A stretch of DNA of 63,992 nt, counting the filler, from Candidatus Woesearchaeota archaeon (GTDB lineage: Archaea; Nanobdellota; Nanobdellia; Woesearchaeales; B72-G16), in the NCBI GenBank assembly GCA_003650545.1. It is 4 parts of 4 records of this genome, joined end to end, with 100 filler letters (N's around TTAATTAATTAA, not from the genome) between each part and the next. Parts side by side here need not be neighbours in the genome. Positions count along the whole stretch, not along the records: positions 1 to 20,506 come from QMQO01000023.1; 3 more parts are not named here. One strand, written 5' to 3'. Of this stretch, positions 1-11,086 are shown piece after piece. The notes beneath the pieces were generated by a model. It was not told where the DNA came from and searched no databases. It saw only the letters and a list, made by a program, of their open reading frames with translations. Position numbers and translations under genes: made by a program. Position 1 is the first letter of the stretch. Each line of letters opens with the position of its first letter.

Positions 1-123
1 CTATAACGAGCGGTGGAAGCGAGAAGTTATTAGTCAAGAACACATAGCGCTTGCCCGCATCGACATCGAAGTAGACGACGCGCCGAAGCGGTTCAGGATA
101 GGCTGTCGCAGTCTTGACACCTG
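1..123 (-). pseudogene. IS4-family transposase fragment
   Basis: Minus frame reads GVKTATAYPEPLRRVVYFDVDAGKRYVFLTNNFSLPPLVI, the IS4 segment just before the YxxRWxIE motif. There is no room for the N-terminus because wzi ends at 358, and it runs off the contig edge. Confidence 0.75.
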
Positions 124-357
124 ATCTTAGTTTATCTCCAAGTAATGCAATGCATTACAACGCAATTCCCTGACTCTAAAGAAGCTTAAAATCGAACGTA
201 GTCTCAACGAAATCCTGCAGATTTTGAGTATTTCCTTATTCGAGTAAGTTACGTTTTCTCAAGTATTTACAGATCAGCATAGTGAAATCTTCATCCAAGC
301 TGATCCTAACCAATTGTTATTATTTAACTTTTAACGAGACAGTAGTGTTAATTTGTT

Positions 358-1917
358 TCAAATTCCAATCAGCAAAAACGGCAACTGATAACGGACGTTG
401 AATATCCATACCTCAAGGGAACTATTCTCACCAGAGTGATGGAGATCAATATGTCCCTCTATATTCACAGATAACCTTTTCAATGGCTGGCTGTTAAACC
501 TAACGGAAAGGTAGTGGTTTGTTCTGACTTTTCCACTCGGAAAAGGAACCTTTCGAAATTCTTCGAACGAACGATAAGGATCATATCGTAGAGAATTATC
601 ACCCCAACGAATTCGATCATACTCAAGTTCTAATAAACCTGGTAAGTATGCTGTTGTTATTCTCATTCCAGCAGCAATCTGGTCGGCATCATTACCTAAA
701 GGGTGTCCAAGCAACTGGTTACGAGTCACGAAATTCAAATAATCACGGCTGTGCTGCATTGTGTATGTATCAATTCTCAAGAAATAAGAGTAGAATGTAA
801 CGCCGATATTATCAGTTACAGGCGTCCAAGCAACGCGTCCCAACCAACCCAAAGCGTCTGGTCGTCCTTCTTTGCGATCTTGTTGATCGAGCTGAAATTC
901 ATCCATAATGACTGATCCACTCAACCTTAGTGACTGAAAGACTAAACAATCGAAGTGCAAAAACCAGATGGCATTCTCATAATTGCCCTTAAGGTTGGTC
1001 CGTTTATTCTGCTCGACCTCGAGATGGAATGTTAGAGGATTAATATATGAAAAATCAATCGGTCTGTTCGGACCAGCCAGGATGGATACTTCACCCAAAC
1101 CGAGAACAAGGTTCTTTCGATTGCGATATTCTAACGCACGACCCACCATATAACGCTGAATATTTTCAGAGCCCTGCACCATTTCCAGGAAACCGTAAAA
1201 CCAACGGTAAGCAACACAGTGATAATTCAATTGAATCATAAGCTGTTCCCACGATGGCGCATTTCCAGAGAGGATAAGGTTTTCTTCTACCATCGGTCCC
1301 CAGATCTCGCGGTTACGACCATATTCTACCCTCACCCAACGATTTCGATAGCCTATCACAGACTGGTCAATCTCTCCGGTATTCATGCCGGCACGGGAAA
1401 TACTACGAGGAATCCCGGAGTAGTGGGATAGACTTGCGGAATCGTTGGTTGCACGGACATATACCCGTGCATACCAGTTATGTCTGAAACGGGCTTCACT
1501 CCAAACAAATGGCTGTAAGGCAAGTTTATCATAGCGGCGCGCTACGCCTCCCTGTGCGCTTGCACCCATCCCAGGCATGAACAAAACGTTTATTTTGTTT
1601 GATGAATTTTCCTCCAAACGAAAACCCAAATCAGAGTAATCACCTAAATACTCACGCACCCAACGGAACCCATCTTGACGAACTAAATGGATCGAGTTGC
1701 TGTCCTGTATCGAAATATCAAAGGGATGAAATATCGAGTTTAAATTCCACAACTCCCCTTTATCAAGCAAAACTTCCATACGGTTGGAGTAGTCAAAATC
1801 TTGAGGTAAAGTCCAAGCCAAAGTTGGACAGGACAGCCATAAACCAGAGAATATGTACGCCGCACCAAAGAACGTAACGATAGGCAGTTGAATTGATGAT
1901 CCTCTAATGAGAGACAT
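358..1917 (-). CDS. wzi: Capsule assembly Wzi-family outer-membrane protein
   Basis: Signal-peptide-like N-terminus; GRNREIWGP, LILSGNA, YINPL and LGHPLGND motifs; last gene of a polysaccharide cluster. Confidence 0.7.
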   Translation of the reverse strand: MSLIRGSSIQLPIVTFFGAAYIFSGLWLSCPTLAWTLPQDFDYSNRMEVLLDKGELWNLNSIFHPFDISIQDSNSIHLVRQDGFRWVREYLGDYSDLGFRLEENSSNKINVLFMPGMGASAQGGVARRYDKLALQPFVWSEARFRHNWYARVYVRATNDSASLSHYSGIPRSISRAGMNTGEIDQSVIGYRNRWVRVEYGRNREIWGPMVEENLILSGNAPSWEQLMIQLNYHCVAYRWFYGFLEMVQGSENIQRYMVGRALEYRNRKNLVLGLGEVSILAGPNRPIDFSYINPLTFHLEVEQNKRTNLKGNYENAIWFLHFDCLVFQSLRLSGSVIMDEFQLDQQDRKEGRPDALGWLGRVAWTPVTDNIGVTFYSYFLRIDTYTMQHSRDYLNFVTRNQLLGHPLGNDADQIAAGMRITTAYLPGLLELEYDRIRWGDNSLRYDPYRSFEEFRKVPFPSGKVRTNHYLSVRFNSQPLKRLSVNIEGHIDLHHSGENSSLEVWIFNVRYQLPFLLIGI

Positions 1918-1932
1918 TATCCCTTCTTGACA

Positions 1933-3147
1933 CTACTTTGAAAAGCGTTCTGTCACATCCTGAACAACTTCGATGACATAATCAATCTCATCCTCCGTCA
2001 TCGAGGGATATATCGGGAGCGAGACCAACCGGCGCCATTCACGTTCGGCAATAGGGAACATGCCTTCACCCAGCCCAAAGGTCTGCCGGTAATATGGGTG
2101 CAAATGCAACGGCATCCAATGCACGGAGCATGAAACACCCCGTTCTTTCAGTTTCTCAATGAACACGGCACGATCGATAGTAAGCTGGTCAAGATTGAGG
2201 CGCAAGGCATACAGGTGCCATGAGTGAATTCTTGTTTGAGGATCATTCGGTGGAGGTTCTAACGCTGAAAGTTGTTTAAACCTTTCGGTATATCGTTCAG
2301 CAATTTTCTGACGACTTATCCTGAATTCTTCAGCTTGTTTGATCTGGTGAAGTCCAATTGCTGCTGCAATATCCGTCATATTATACTTGAAGCCCGGAGC
2401 GACAATCTCATAATACCACGAACCTTGAGCAGTAAATCTCTTCCAGGCATCGTTGTTCATCCCATGGAGCGACATAATCCGAATTCGTTCAGCGATTTGT
2501 TCATCATCCGTAACCGCCATTCCCCCTTCGCCGGTAGTGATGCACTTGTTAGCATAGAAAGAAAAACATCCGATACGGCTTGATGTTCCGGCGTGAACCC
2601 AATCATTCGTTATGTTGGACCGGAAATAAGCTGGAAAGGCATGAGCAGCGTCTTCGATAATATCCACACCGTGATTCGCAGCTATCTGATTGATTGCATG
2701 CATATCACAACAATAACCGCCATAGTGCATTGGAATAATGGCTTTGAGCCTTCCGTATGGCGGTTTCAAACCGGCAACAGGTTTACTATTCCGGACATTC
2801 AGGATAGTTGTTTCAAGGTAGTCAGGGTCCATATTAAAGTCATAACTGCAATCAACAAAGACCGAAGTGGCATCGAAATAGCGAACTACTTCCGCTGTAG
2901 CCGCAAATGTCATAGTCGGAACGACAACAAGGTCATTTTGCTTCAAGCCTACCGCTTCGAGCGCCAAGTGCAGCGCGGCCGTGCAGGAGTTGACAGCAAT
3001 GGCGTGCCTAACGCCGACTGTCTCGGCAAATAGTGATTCAAAACGCTTAACCTTCGGACCAGTTGTTAGCCAACCGGAACGGAGGGTATCGGTTACCTCT
3101 GCGATCTCGGCGTCAGACAGAGCCGCTCTGAAGTAAGGGATTTTCAT
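1933..3147 (-). CDS. DegT/DnrJ/EryC1/StrS sugar aminotransferase
   Basis: SGWLTTGP, NSCTAALHLAL, IIEDAAHA and FSFYANKCITTGEGG (PLP lysine). Confidence 0.95.
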   Translation of the reverse strand: MKIPYFRAALSDAEIAEVTDTLRSGWLTTGPKVKRFESLFAETVGVRHAIAVNSCTAALHLALEAVGLKQNDLVVVPTMTFAATAEVVRYFDATSVFVDCSYDFNMDPDYLETTILNVRNSKPVAGLKPPYGRLKAIIPMHYGGYCCDMHAINQIAANHGVDIIEDAAHAFPAYFRSNITNDWVHAGTSSRIGCFSFYANKCITTGEGGMAVTDDEQIAERIRIMSLHGMNNDAWKRFTAQGSWYYEIVAPGFKYNMTDIAAAIGLHQIKQAEEFRISRQKIAERYTERFKQLSALEPPPNDPQTRIHSWHLYALRLNLDQLTIDRAVFIEKLKERGVSCSVHWMPLHLHPYYRQTFGLGEGMFPIAEREWRRLVSLPIYPSMTEDEIDYVIEVVQDVTERFSK

Positions 3148-3171
3148 ATCAGGAACTAACCATTTTTGACA

Positions 3172-3840
3172 TCATCTGGAGTTTAAAGATCGGATTTGTT
3201 CAATAGCGTCTTTGGCCAATATATCTTCGGGCCTACCAACAAGACGCCCGAATGTTATTCCCCAAAGCGTAAGGAGGATGATTTTCAGATCCAACATGAA
3301 AGAACGACGATTTATGTATTCAAGCGCCAGACGCATCTTTATCGGAACGACCACCTGCAGATATATCTGTTCCCGGTCATGGGCATGTTTAAGAACCAGC
3401 TCTTCATCGCGGAATTGGAGGGTGGCGAGGTCGGTTATCCCGGGTCGGACATCAAAAACCCGTTCCCACTCAGGTGAATAGTGTTCCACATATCGGGGTA
3501 CCTCCGGTCTTGGCCCCACTATGCTCATATCACCGACCAATACATTCCATAATTCGGGCAATTCGTCCAGTTTGGTGCGCCTCAGGAACCTGCCAATAGG
3601 AGTGATGCGGCAGTCGTCCTTTGATGTCACTAACGGTTCGGAATCCTCGGCGTCCGTAACCATGGATCGGAATTTGACAATCTTGAAAAGCCCCCTGCCT
3701 CTTCCCACCCTCGTCTGGCGATAGAACACCGGTCCGGGGCTGGTGAGCCTGACGGCGCCCCCTACCATGCACAATATCGGAGACAGAACAACCAACGCCA
3801 ACCCTGCTGCGACGATATCAAAGAGGCGTTTAAGCATCAT
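3172..3840 (-). CDS. Initiating polyprenyl-phosphate sugar transferase (Bac_transf)
   Basis: KRLFDI, KFRSM, LDELPEL, GDMSIVGPRPE and RPGIT motifs. Confidence 0.95.
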   Translation of the reverse strand: MMLKRLFDIVAAGLALVVLSPILCMVGGAVRLTSPGPVFYRQTRVGRGRGLFKIVKFRSMVTDAEDSEPLVTSKDDCRITPIGRFLRRTKLDELPELWNVLVGDMSIVGPRPEVPRYVEHYSPEWERVFDVRPGITDLATLQFRDEELVLKHAHDREQIYLQVVVPIKMRLALEYINRRSFMLDLKIILLTLWGITFGRLVGRPEDILAKDAIEQIRSLNSR

Positions 3841-3868
3841 CTAAATCCTTCCCCGGCAATATCCTTCC

Positions 3869-4531
3869 TCAATCGTCGGTTCCTTCCAGGTCGGCTTCAA
3901 CATAGATCAGTTTTCGCGTGACTGAATTGGGCAATATATGAAAGCCGGCCTTCTCAAACGCCTTTATTGAAGAAAGATTATTTTCATAGACTCCAGCCAA
4001 CATTTTCGCACCTCCTCTCTTATGACTCTCATTTTTTGCCTGCTTCAATAACTGAACACCCAAGCCTTTGCCTCGCATAGAATTGTCAACCGCAATAAAA
4101 GCGAGCTGAGAGACTAATGGTTCCTTGTTCCTCACGGTTTTTTCTGCTCTTTTTCTTTTAAGAAAAAAGGTATAAAGGCGTTCTAGAATCTCGGCATCCA
4201 AAATCAGCCATGGGTGAAGCAAGATTCCTGCCATGGCTTGAGATAGTGTATTGCCCAACATTGGTTTGTTATAAAATCGGTCACATACAGTTGTTAGACC
4301 AACAATTTTATTCTCGTGTTCGGCGACCAACGTGAAAGTTTCCTGCGATGTTATGAACCAGTGGTAGACGGAACGGATATACCCCGTGCCCAGCTTCACC
4401 GCAAGGTGATCTTTCGGGCTGAAGCTGCGCAGGTGCAGATCAACCAGCGCATCCAGATCCGCAATGGTCGCAGGACGAATGGTAATTTTACTCGACAGCA
4501 TCTTGATCTCCTGAAGATCACTGTTCAACAA
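3869..4531 (-). CDS. GNAT-family N-acetyltransferase
   Basis: IRPATIADL start and IAVDNSMRGKGLG acetyl-CoA motif A. Confidence 0.85.
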   Translation of the reverse strand: MLNSDLQEIKMLSSKITIRPATIADLDALVDLHLRSFSPKDHLAVKLGTGYIRSVYHWFITSQETFTLVAEHENKIVGLTTVCDRFYNKPMLGNTLSQAMAGILLHPWLILDAEILERLYTFFLKRKRAEKTVRNKEPLVSQLAFIAVDNSMRGKGLGVQLLKQAKNESHKRGGAKMLAGVYENNLSSIKAFEKAGFHILPNSVTRKLIYVEADLEGTDD

Positions 4532-5456
4532 AGCCCTCCTTCAATAGAGTTGGATATATTGCTGTAAACTGGAAATCACTCAGTAGATTTAGAAGGCGAC
4601 TGCGACATCTTTTGATCGATACATACCGCCTGAAGTGGGCAGCAAGCTTAAGGCTATCCAATCTCGGCGGGCATTCGTCAACCTCCCAGGGATGAATGAA
4701 GAATAAAAAAATGCCCTGATTACGTAATATACGCTTTGCCCCACACTTAAAAACCGGATAGGGATAAAGCCTGAACCAACCACCGCCGCTCCAGGGAAGG
4801 TAAGCTTTGAACAATCTAAGGCTGGATAACTTGACTTCAAGTAATCCGTTTGGTAATCTTTCTATAGGCTTACGGTCGTCCGTTCCGGTTAATCGTCCAT
4901 AATTGTCATGATGAATTGCCGGATATAGGCTTGAGTCATATGTTATACCTTCTTCCAGAAGTATATCCGCCCCCCAATCTGTAATTGAAGCGGAAGAGGC
5001 TCTGTAACCATGAACTTTCTCTCCAGTCTGGTTCTGTAACAAACCCATCGAACGCCTCGTGTCTTCGCGGAATTGCTCTGGAGTCTGAGTGCGGATCAGT
5101 TTGTGCCAATAACCGTGACACCCGATTTCATGACCACGTTGTCGAATTTCCTGCACCAACCCAGTATGTCGTTCTGCAACCCAGCCTAGGACGAAGAATG
5201 TTGCTTTCAAATTAAACTTATCGAGCGTATCAAGAATCCACTCGGTGTTTCTTACGACCCGCCTTTCGTAGTTTTGCCAGTCGCTTGCAGTCGGAATTGG
5301 CTGGCGGAACCAGTGATTAACACCTGTCCCAATCACATGAAACCAGTCCTCAACATCCACAGTCAGAAGACAAACAGGCTTTTCACGCAACGTCAGTATC
5401 TCCAAGATTAATATACCACTGTGAATTGAGACGTCGTAAGAACCTGTCTTTATCAA
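4518..5456 (-). CDS. Polysaccharide deacetylase (DUF3473-type); true start probably downstream
   Basis: TVDVEDWF, ATFFVLGWVAE, HEIGCHG, YDSS, GGGWFR and HPWE motifs. Confidence 0.9.
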   Translation of the reverse strand: MIKTGSYDVSIHSGILILEILTLREKPVCLLTVDVEDWFHVIGTGVNHWFRQPIPTASDWQNYERRVVRNTEWILDTLDKFNLKATFFVLGWVAERHTGLVQEIRQRGHEIGCHGYWHKLIRTQTPEQFREDTRRSMGLLQNQTGEKVHGYRASSASITDWGADILLEEGITYDSSLYPAIHHDNYGRLTGTDDRKPIERLPNGLLEVKLSSLRLFKAYLPWSGGGWFRLYPYPVFKCGAKRILRNQGIFLFFIHPWEVDECPPRLDSLKLAAHFRRYVSIKRCRSRLLNLLSDFQFTAIYPTLLKEGFVEQ

Positions 5457-6489
5457 TGGAGTTCAGGTCTGAATTCACATATAAACAGAAAGCCCTATGT
5501 AAAAAGGCTCTGGAAAAGGCTCTGGGAATCTTAATAAACCATTGTTTTAAGAGAACACTCTTAAAAGGATTAGCCATACCCACCATGAAAGCGATTAGTT
5601 CCATACCGCTGCCCTGCGCGTCTCTTATCGCTAGTTTTAGTAATTCTAAAGCAATCCACTTTTCATTAGCGATTATATCAATTACCATGCTAAATTTAAA
5701 TCCGAAGAGATTTCTTTTATGAACAATCAGATAACCCACTATACTTCCTGACTGTTGAGCGGTGAAAATTGCGTAATTATATGAAGGATTATTGGAGTAG
5801 CGCCAATTTAAGTATTGTTGGCTACGCTCGATATGGATATAATTATTTATCATTCCATTCCTGTGCAGATCAACCGCTGCATGGAAAGAATCATTTTTTA
5901 TAAAGTTCACCCCCGCCTTGATAATGCAAGGATAATTCTCAGGTTTTCTCAGCGTGTGATTGTATATAATCTGTTTACTGTAACTTCTTCTCCTGATAAT
6001 ATGAATCAACATCGAAATCAGGGAAGTCGGTCTAATGAAAATGGAAAACTCCTCCTGCTTCTGCCATCCTTCAAAACGATTAAATGCTTTCATTGAAAGC
6101 TCGTTCGGAAAAGTATAAAGCAGGTATCCGGGTGAACAATTTAAGTCATAAATAATATAATCTATAAGTTTCTTGAATACTTTTTTCCGTCGGTGGTCAG
6201 GATGAACAACGGCGCCGGTTAGCAAATAAAACCTAGGTAGAGAATCACAGTTCGCTATTCTCACCTTAGAAACCGGCTGGATTCCCACGATGCTGCCATT
6301 GTTGTCGCGGGCTATATAGATTTTGGCTTCAAACACAGGATTGTCCCAATAACGCCATCTTAAATATTCTTCTGAGGCATTGGGATGTTCCGCATACTCT
6401 AAAAGGACAAGTTTCTTAATGAAAGCAAAGTCCTCTTTCTTTGCTATATCAAAACTATACTCGCCTTTATTGCTTATTTTAGCTTCCAT
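5383..6489 (-). CDS. GNAT-fold acyltransferase (two-domain)
   Basis: VVHPDHRRKKVF, YTFPN and RSQQYLNWRY motifs, typical of polysaccharide-cluster GNAT proteins. Confidence 0.7.
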   Translation of the reverse strand: MEAKISNKGEYSFDIAKKEDFAFIKKLVLLEYAEHPNASEEYLRWRYWDNPVFEAKIYIARDNNGSIVGIQPVSKVRIANCDSLPRFYLLTGAVVHPDHRRKKVFKKLIDYIIYDLNCSPGYLLYTFPNELSMKAFNRFEGWQKQEEFSIFIRPTSLISMLIHIIRRRSYSKQIIYNHTLRKPENYPCIIKAGVNFIKNDSFHAAVDLHRNGMINNYIHIERSQQYLNWRYSNNPSYNYAIFTAQQSGSIVGYLIVHKRNLFGFKFSMVIDIIANEKWIALELLKLAIRDAQGSGMELIAFMVGMANPFKSVLLKQWFIKIPRAFSRAFLHRAFCLYVNSDLNSIDKDRFLRRLNSQWYINLGDTDVA

Positions 6490-7538
6490 CGGTGTAGAAT
6501 TCCATTATCCTTCCTCACCCCGATCGGTGTTACGAAAAGATATTCGTTACTATATAAGCCATCGGGCATGATGATCCTTGGTATTTGAAACAGTGCAGCC
6601 TTCCAGCTCGCTCTATATGAAACTCGATCCGCCGTCCAGCGCGCCACAACTTCCCAATGCATCCCATCTCTTGAACCATAGAGCGTTGGTCTTGGGTCCA
6701 AATTGACCCGACTTGGTTCGGCTGCAGATGCGAAAAATAGAATTTCGCTTGCACTGCACGCGCCCAGCCCGCTCCCGGCGATAGGCACCAACCGCTCAAG
6801 ATCGCCATTGCGCTTGAGTATCTGAATGTAATTCTGCTCAAGCTCGGTGTCCGTCGAAAGATAGAAACCTTCCGGCTTCGGTATTACATTATAGGCTCTA
6901 GCTTGCTGAACCCCTTCCATAAGGCGATCAGTTTCTTGAAAATCGGCAGAGGCAAGCAGAATTTTGCACTCGGATCCATAGTCTCCGGTCAAGATTATCA
7001 ATTTTCCTGTAAAGGGATCATATCTGACAGAGTGAACGTGACGAATTTCTCCTGGGGCGAATTCATAACAAACCGACCAGTCTTTTCCACCGTTTTTCGA
7101 CGTGAAAACTTGAACAGATGTGCGATCTCTGTTGTTGAAATACTCGCCGGTATAAATGGTGCCATTGGGTAATAGTTCAAATCTAAAAGTGCGTCCGGGT
7201 CTTCTCAGTACCGGCCTTAGGTTGATCTCATCGGGCTCGGCATGCAAAATCAAGCTGCGCACCGAGGCCACCAACGATCCATCGGGCAAAGGTATCATGT
7301 TTAAGAAACCACCTCGTATCAAGCGCCATGATAAGCGATTGGTTTTAGCAGCCTCACGCCACCACTCAGCTCGATAGGCAGCGCGGAACTTAAAAGATAG
7401 TCCATGATCATCGCTGTAGAACAACCGGTAGCCGCGACTTGCCCAAACGCGCCCCGTGCGTTCAACATACAACACCCTATAATGCCCCAAGCGTTCATGA
7501 TTTTCAACGAGACCGCTTTTGTTGGCCGTAATACTCAT
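6474..7538 (-). CDS. BNR/Asp-box beta-propeller protein
   Basis: SDDHGLSF, SKNGGKDW and SRDGMHW Asp-boxes; RHVH motif. Confidence 0.65.
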   Translation of the reverse strand: MSITANKSGLVENHERLGHYRVLYVERTGRVWASRGYRLFYSDDHGLSFKFRAAYRAEWWREAAKTNRLSWRLIRGGFLNMIPLPDGSLVASVRSLILHAEPDEINLRPVLRRPGRTFRFELLPNGTIYTGEYFNNRDRTSVQVFTSKNGGKDWSVCYEFAPGEIRHVHSVRYDPFTGKLIILTGDYGSECKILLASADFQETDRLMEGVQQARAYNVIPKPEGFYLSTDTELEQNYIQILKRNGDLERLVPIAGSGLGACSASEILFFASAAEPSRVNLDPRPTLYGSRDGMHWEVVARWTADRVSYRASWKAALFQIPRIIMPDGLYSNEYLFVTPIGVRKDNGILHRWKLK

Positions 7539-8758
7539 ACCAGCAAGCTTAGTTCGCGCTCAATTTGGCTGCACTGTTTGTTCTTTTCAAAGTTCTCTTC
7601 GGCAAAGTACCGCCCATTGGCGCCCAACATTCTAATCTCTTCGCGAGGCATATTTAGGGCGGACCTCACCCTCTCGGCAATTGCCTTTGGGTTTGCAGGC
7701 ACCACCGCCCAACCGCATGAAGCCATCTCCACCAACTTGGCAGTTGCGCCTTCAGCGGCAGCTAAAACGGCTTTACCTGCTGCCATGTAACCCTGTAGCT
7801 TTGATGGCACCGCCGCCCAGCGGTGAGGTAGAGGATCCAAGTGCAATATTAAAACATCCGCCATAGAGTAATATTTGGGAACTTCGTCTGTCTGTACGGA
7901 ATTCAAAAAGAGAACGTTATCTAACCGGCGCTGCCGCGCCTCGTTCATTATGTGGCCCTTTTCAACGCCATCACCTAGGAAAACAAAACGGACTCGTGGT
8001 TCATCTTTCAGCAATTCCGCAGCAGCGATGAAAGTAATAAGCCCCTGCGCTACGCCTATATTGCCGCTGAAAAGAAGAACAAACTCACCTGATAGGCCTA
8101 ACTTCTTACGCAGTAGCTCATTTGTGCCGTTAACTCTGAGATTCAAATCGGCCCAATTGAATACATGTTTTATTTTGTTTTCCGGAATACCCCTACTCGC
8201 GACCTTGCCTTTCATTTCATCAGACAGGACTATGATTAACGAACAGCGATTATACAAGAATCTCTCTAACCACAGTAGGAATCTGATTAAAAACCGATTC
8301 TTCACTAACCCGAGCGCTATCGGCGCCTCAGGCCAGAAATCTTGAATATCCATCACCAGATGCGCTCCAGTTATAAGCTTTATCAAACAGCCAGAAAGAG
8401 CCACAAAATATGGGTGTGAAAGCACATATACCACGTCAGGACGCGGGGCTGCCATTGCACCATAGATTGACGTGATGGTAAAACTCAAGTAATGCAGCAT
8501 CCTACGTACGAAACTGTCCCTCTTTGGAGACGTATACAGCCAGACTCGGTGCAGACCAAAAAGATCCTTCCAGCGAGAAATAGCCAGCCATCGTTTGTGG
8601 AATCCGTCGGCGACAACTCCAGCAGGATAAGAAGGGAAACCAGTGACGACAGTCACTATGTGACCCGACTTCGTCAAGTGTAGTGCCAGATCCTCCACTC
8701 GCTGGGCACCACCACCCCTTTCAGGAGGGAAAAGCAACGATATGATAGTGATCTTCAT
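7535..8758 (-). CDS. wbuB: GT4 glycosyltransferase, WbuB-like
   Basis: FPPERGG, TGFPSYP, DIQDFWPE, GNIGVAQGL and PSKLQGYMAAGK; directly follows fnlC. Confidence 0.75.
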   Translation of the reverse strand: MKITIISLLFPPERGGGAQRVEDLALHLTKSGHIVTVVTGFPSYPAGVVADGFHKRWLAISRWKDLFGLHRVWLYTSPKRDSFVRRMLHYLSFTITSIYGAMAAPRPDVVYVLSHPYFVALSGCLIKLITGAHLVMDIQDFWPEAPIALGLVKNRFLIRFLLWLERFLYNRCSLIIVLSDEMKGKVASRGIPENKIKHVFNWADLNLRVNGTNELLRKKLGLSGEFVLLFSGNIGVAQGLITFIAAAELLKDEPRVRFVFLGDGVEKGHIMNEARQRRLDNVLFLNSVQTDEVPKYYSMADVLILHLDPLPHRWAAVPSKLQGYMAAGKAVLAAAEGATAKLVEMASCGWAVVPANPKAIAERVRSALNMPREEIRMLGANGRYFAEENFEKNKQCSQIERELSLLV

Positions 8759-8840
8759 GTAGCTTAAGGGATCAACTCAGCTGCTTCCGACCCACGCACC
8801 TCGCACTGCAACGGACGTCCTCCGCGGGCGATTCAAGCGT

Positions 8841-9968
8841 TCAGCACCAAGCCTTGCGCCAAACGAATCTGTTGACGTAATCCGTGTAGCTGATGATGAT
8901 GCGTACCACCTTTTCCGACACATTGGGCACATCATAATCATCAACGAGCTTCAACAGCCGCTCCTGGCCGCGGGGCTGGTGTTCAAGTATCTTCAGCGCA
9001 TCCTCAATACGCCGCAGATCAAACCCGGTCATCATCACCGCCCCCTCCTCCATCCCCTCGGGCCGTTCATGAGCGTCCCGAATGTTCAGCGCCGGGAAGT
9101 TCAGTATTGATGACTCCTCCGTGATCGTGCCACTGTCCGACAGCACTACCCTGGCGTGAATCTGCAGCTTGACATAGTCGCAATAGCCGAGCGGCTTCAA
9201 CAGATGGACCAGGGGATTGAAAGTGACCTTTTCATCCTCAATCCGTTTGCGCGTCCGGGGGTGAGTGGAGACGATAACAGGCTTGTCATATTTGACAGCC
9301 AGCCAATTCAGAACCTCAACCAACCCCGCGAACTGGCGCTGGTCATCGATGTTCTCCTCGCGATGCGAACTAACCAAAAAGTAGCCACCCTCTTCAATGT
9401 CCAGCCGCTTCAGGATGTCGGAGGCGGTGATCTTGGGCATATAGTAATGCAACACCTCAAACAACGGGCTCCCGGTCTTTATAACCCGCTCCGGCGCAAT
9501 CCCCTCCCGAAGCAGATAATCTCTGGAAATGGATGAATAAGGCAGGTTGATGTCGCTGATATGGTCAACTATCTTTCGGTTTATCTCTTCCGGGACGCGC
9601 TCGTCAAAACAGCGGTTGCCCGCTTCCATATGAAAGACGGGAATCCTGAGCCGCTTGGCGGAATAGGCTGCCAGACAACTGTTCGTATCCCCAAGGATCA
9701 AGGCCGCATCCGGGTTTTCCTTGCGGAGGACCTCATCCGACCGCGCGATGACGAGTCCTATCGTCTCTGCGGCTGATGCCCCGGCAGCGTTGAGAAAATA
9801 ATCCGGCCTACGAATCTCCAAGTCCTGAAATAACAGCCCATTAAGTTCATAATCGTAATTCTGTCCGGTATGCACTATGATGTGTGTGACATATTTGTCA
9901 AGCGCCGCGATGACCCGCGACAGGCGGATGATCTCGGGACGCGTCCCAATTATCGTCATCACCTTCAT
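8841..9968 (-). CDS. fnlC: UDP-sugar 2-epimerase (FnlC/WbjD/Cap5G)
   Basis: [27 protein letters not shown] and SDSGTITEE. Confidence 0.9.
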   Translation of the reverse strand: MKVMTIIGTRPEIIRLSRVIAALDKYVTHIIVHTGQNYDYELNGLLFQDLEIRRPDYFLNAAGASAAETIGLVIARSDEVLRKENPDAALILGDTNSCLAAYSAKRLRIPVFHMEAGNRCFDERVPEEINRKIVDHISDINLPYSSISRDYLLREGIAPERVIKTGSPLFEVLHYYMPKITASDILKRLDIEEGGYFLVSSHREENIDDQRQFAGLVEVLNWLAVKYDKPVIVSTHPRTRKRIEDEKVTFNPLVHLLKPLGYCDYVKLQIHARVVLSDSGTITEESSILNFPALNIRDAHERPEGMEEGAVMMTGFDLRRIEDALKILEHQPRGQERLLKLVDDYDVPNVSEKVVRIIISYTDYVNRFVWRKAWC

Positions 9969-11086
9969 ATCAGCACCGGAAGCGATTCCGTATCTGCATG
10001 CCCGGGGTCATATGTCTCGCTTGCCCAAAACAGCACCACCAGTTCCCCCTCACCGACGTTCTCTATCGAGTGGGTGTAGCCCGGCGGAATGTCCACCACC
10101 TTGAACTCCCGCCCGTCAACCGGATAGCTGAGAACCGCATTGCTGTTTATATTCCGAAGACGAATGATCCCTTTCCCCTCCAGAATGAGGAATTTTTCTA
10201 CTTTCGTGTGATGATAATGGTCACCGCGGGTGACGCCCGGTTTGGTTCGGGAAACGAACATCTGTCCGAGGCCAGGATGCTTAATGAATTCCGCCAAGGT
10301 TCCCCGCTGGTCCTCCCTTGTCTGCAACCGGTGTGGGAACTCATCCGGCGGCAGAAAAGAGAGGTAGGTCGCATACAGACGCGATGTGAGACCGTCTCCG
10401 ACATCCGGCAACATCAAAGTGTCCCGCGATTTACGAAAAGATTCTATCATTTTAGCAAGTCGCCCAAGCGTAATTGAAGAAACCGGTGTCACTTGGGCGA
10501 AGCAATAGCCGTTCTGGTTTCCCTCAAGCTGGAGCTCCCCCAGGAAAGCGCGGACAACATCGTCTATGTAGACGAGCTGCAACTCCTGGCTCTCATCCGA
10601 GATTTGGATCGGCAAGTCCCGGGCAATGTTGTGGCAGAACGTGGCGACAACGGTGTTGTAATTCGGACGACTCCATTTCCCAAACACGTTTGGCAGTCGG
10701 TAAATGACAACATCCGCTCCCGTATCTTCGTGGTATGCCTTCAGAATATCTTCAGCAGCTTTTTTACTCACAGCGTAAGGATTATTGAGGTCAGCTTGAA
10801 TTGAGGAGGATAGCACAATCCGGGGGGAGCGTCCCAACTTTCGAAGTGTTTCGCAAATGGACTGAGTGAGGCCCGCATTGACCCGAGCAAATTCGGATTC
10901 ATCCGCAGGGCGGTTAACTCCGGCGAGGTGAAATATCAGATCACATTCCCGCAGAGCTTCCTGAAGTTCATCCTCGGTACTGTTCACATCATACTGGAAG
11001 AGATCGACATTGTCCATCCTTCGCAGGACGCTTACCAGATTCAATCCGATGAAACCGGCTGCCCCAGTAACCAATACTTCTATCAT
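9965..11086 (-). CDS. fnlB: NAD-dependent reductase with C-terminal cupin (FnlB/WbjC/CapF)
   Basis: [29 protein letters not shown] and [10 protein letters not shown]. Confidence 0.9.
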   Translation of the reverse strand: MIEVLVTGAAGFIGLNLVSVLRRMDNVDLFQYDVNSTEDELQEALRECDLIFHLAGVNRPADESEFARVNAGLTQSICETLRKLGRSPRIVLSSSIQADLNNPYAVSKKAAEDILKAYHEDTGADVVIYRLPNVFGKWSRPNYNTVVATFCHNIARDLPIQISDESQELQLVYIDDVVRAFLGELQLEGNQNGYCFAQVTPVSSITLGRLAKMIESFRKSRDTLMLPDVGDGLTSRLYATYLSFLPPDEFPHRLQTREDQRGTLAEFIKHPGLGQMFVSRTKPGVTRGDHYHHTKVEKFLILEGKGIIRLRNINSNAVLSYPVDGREFKVVDIPPGYTHSIENVGEGELVVLFWASETYDPGHADTESLPVLI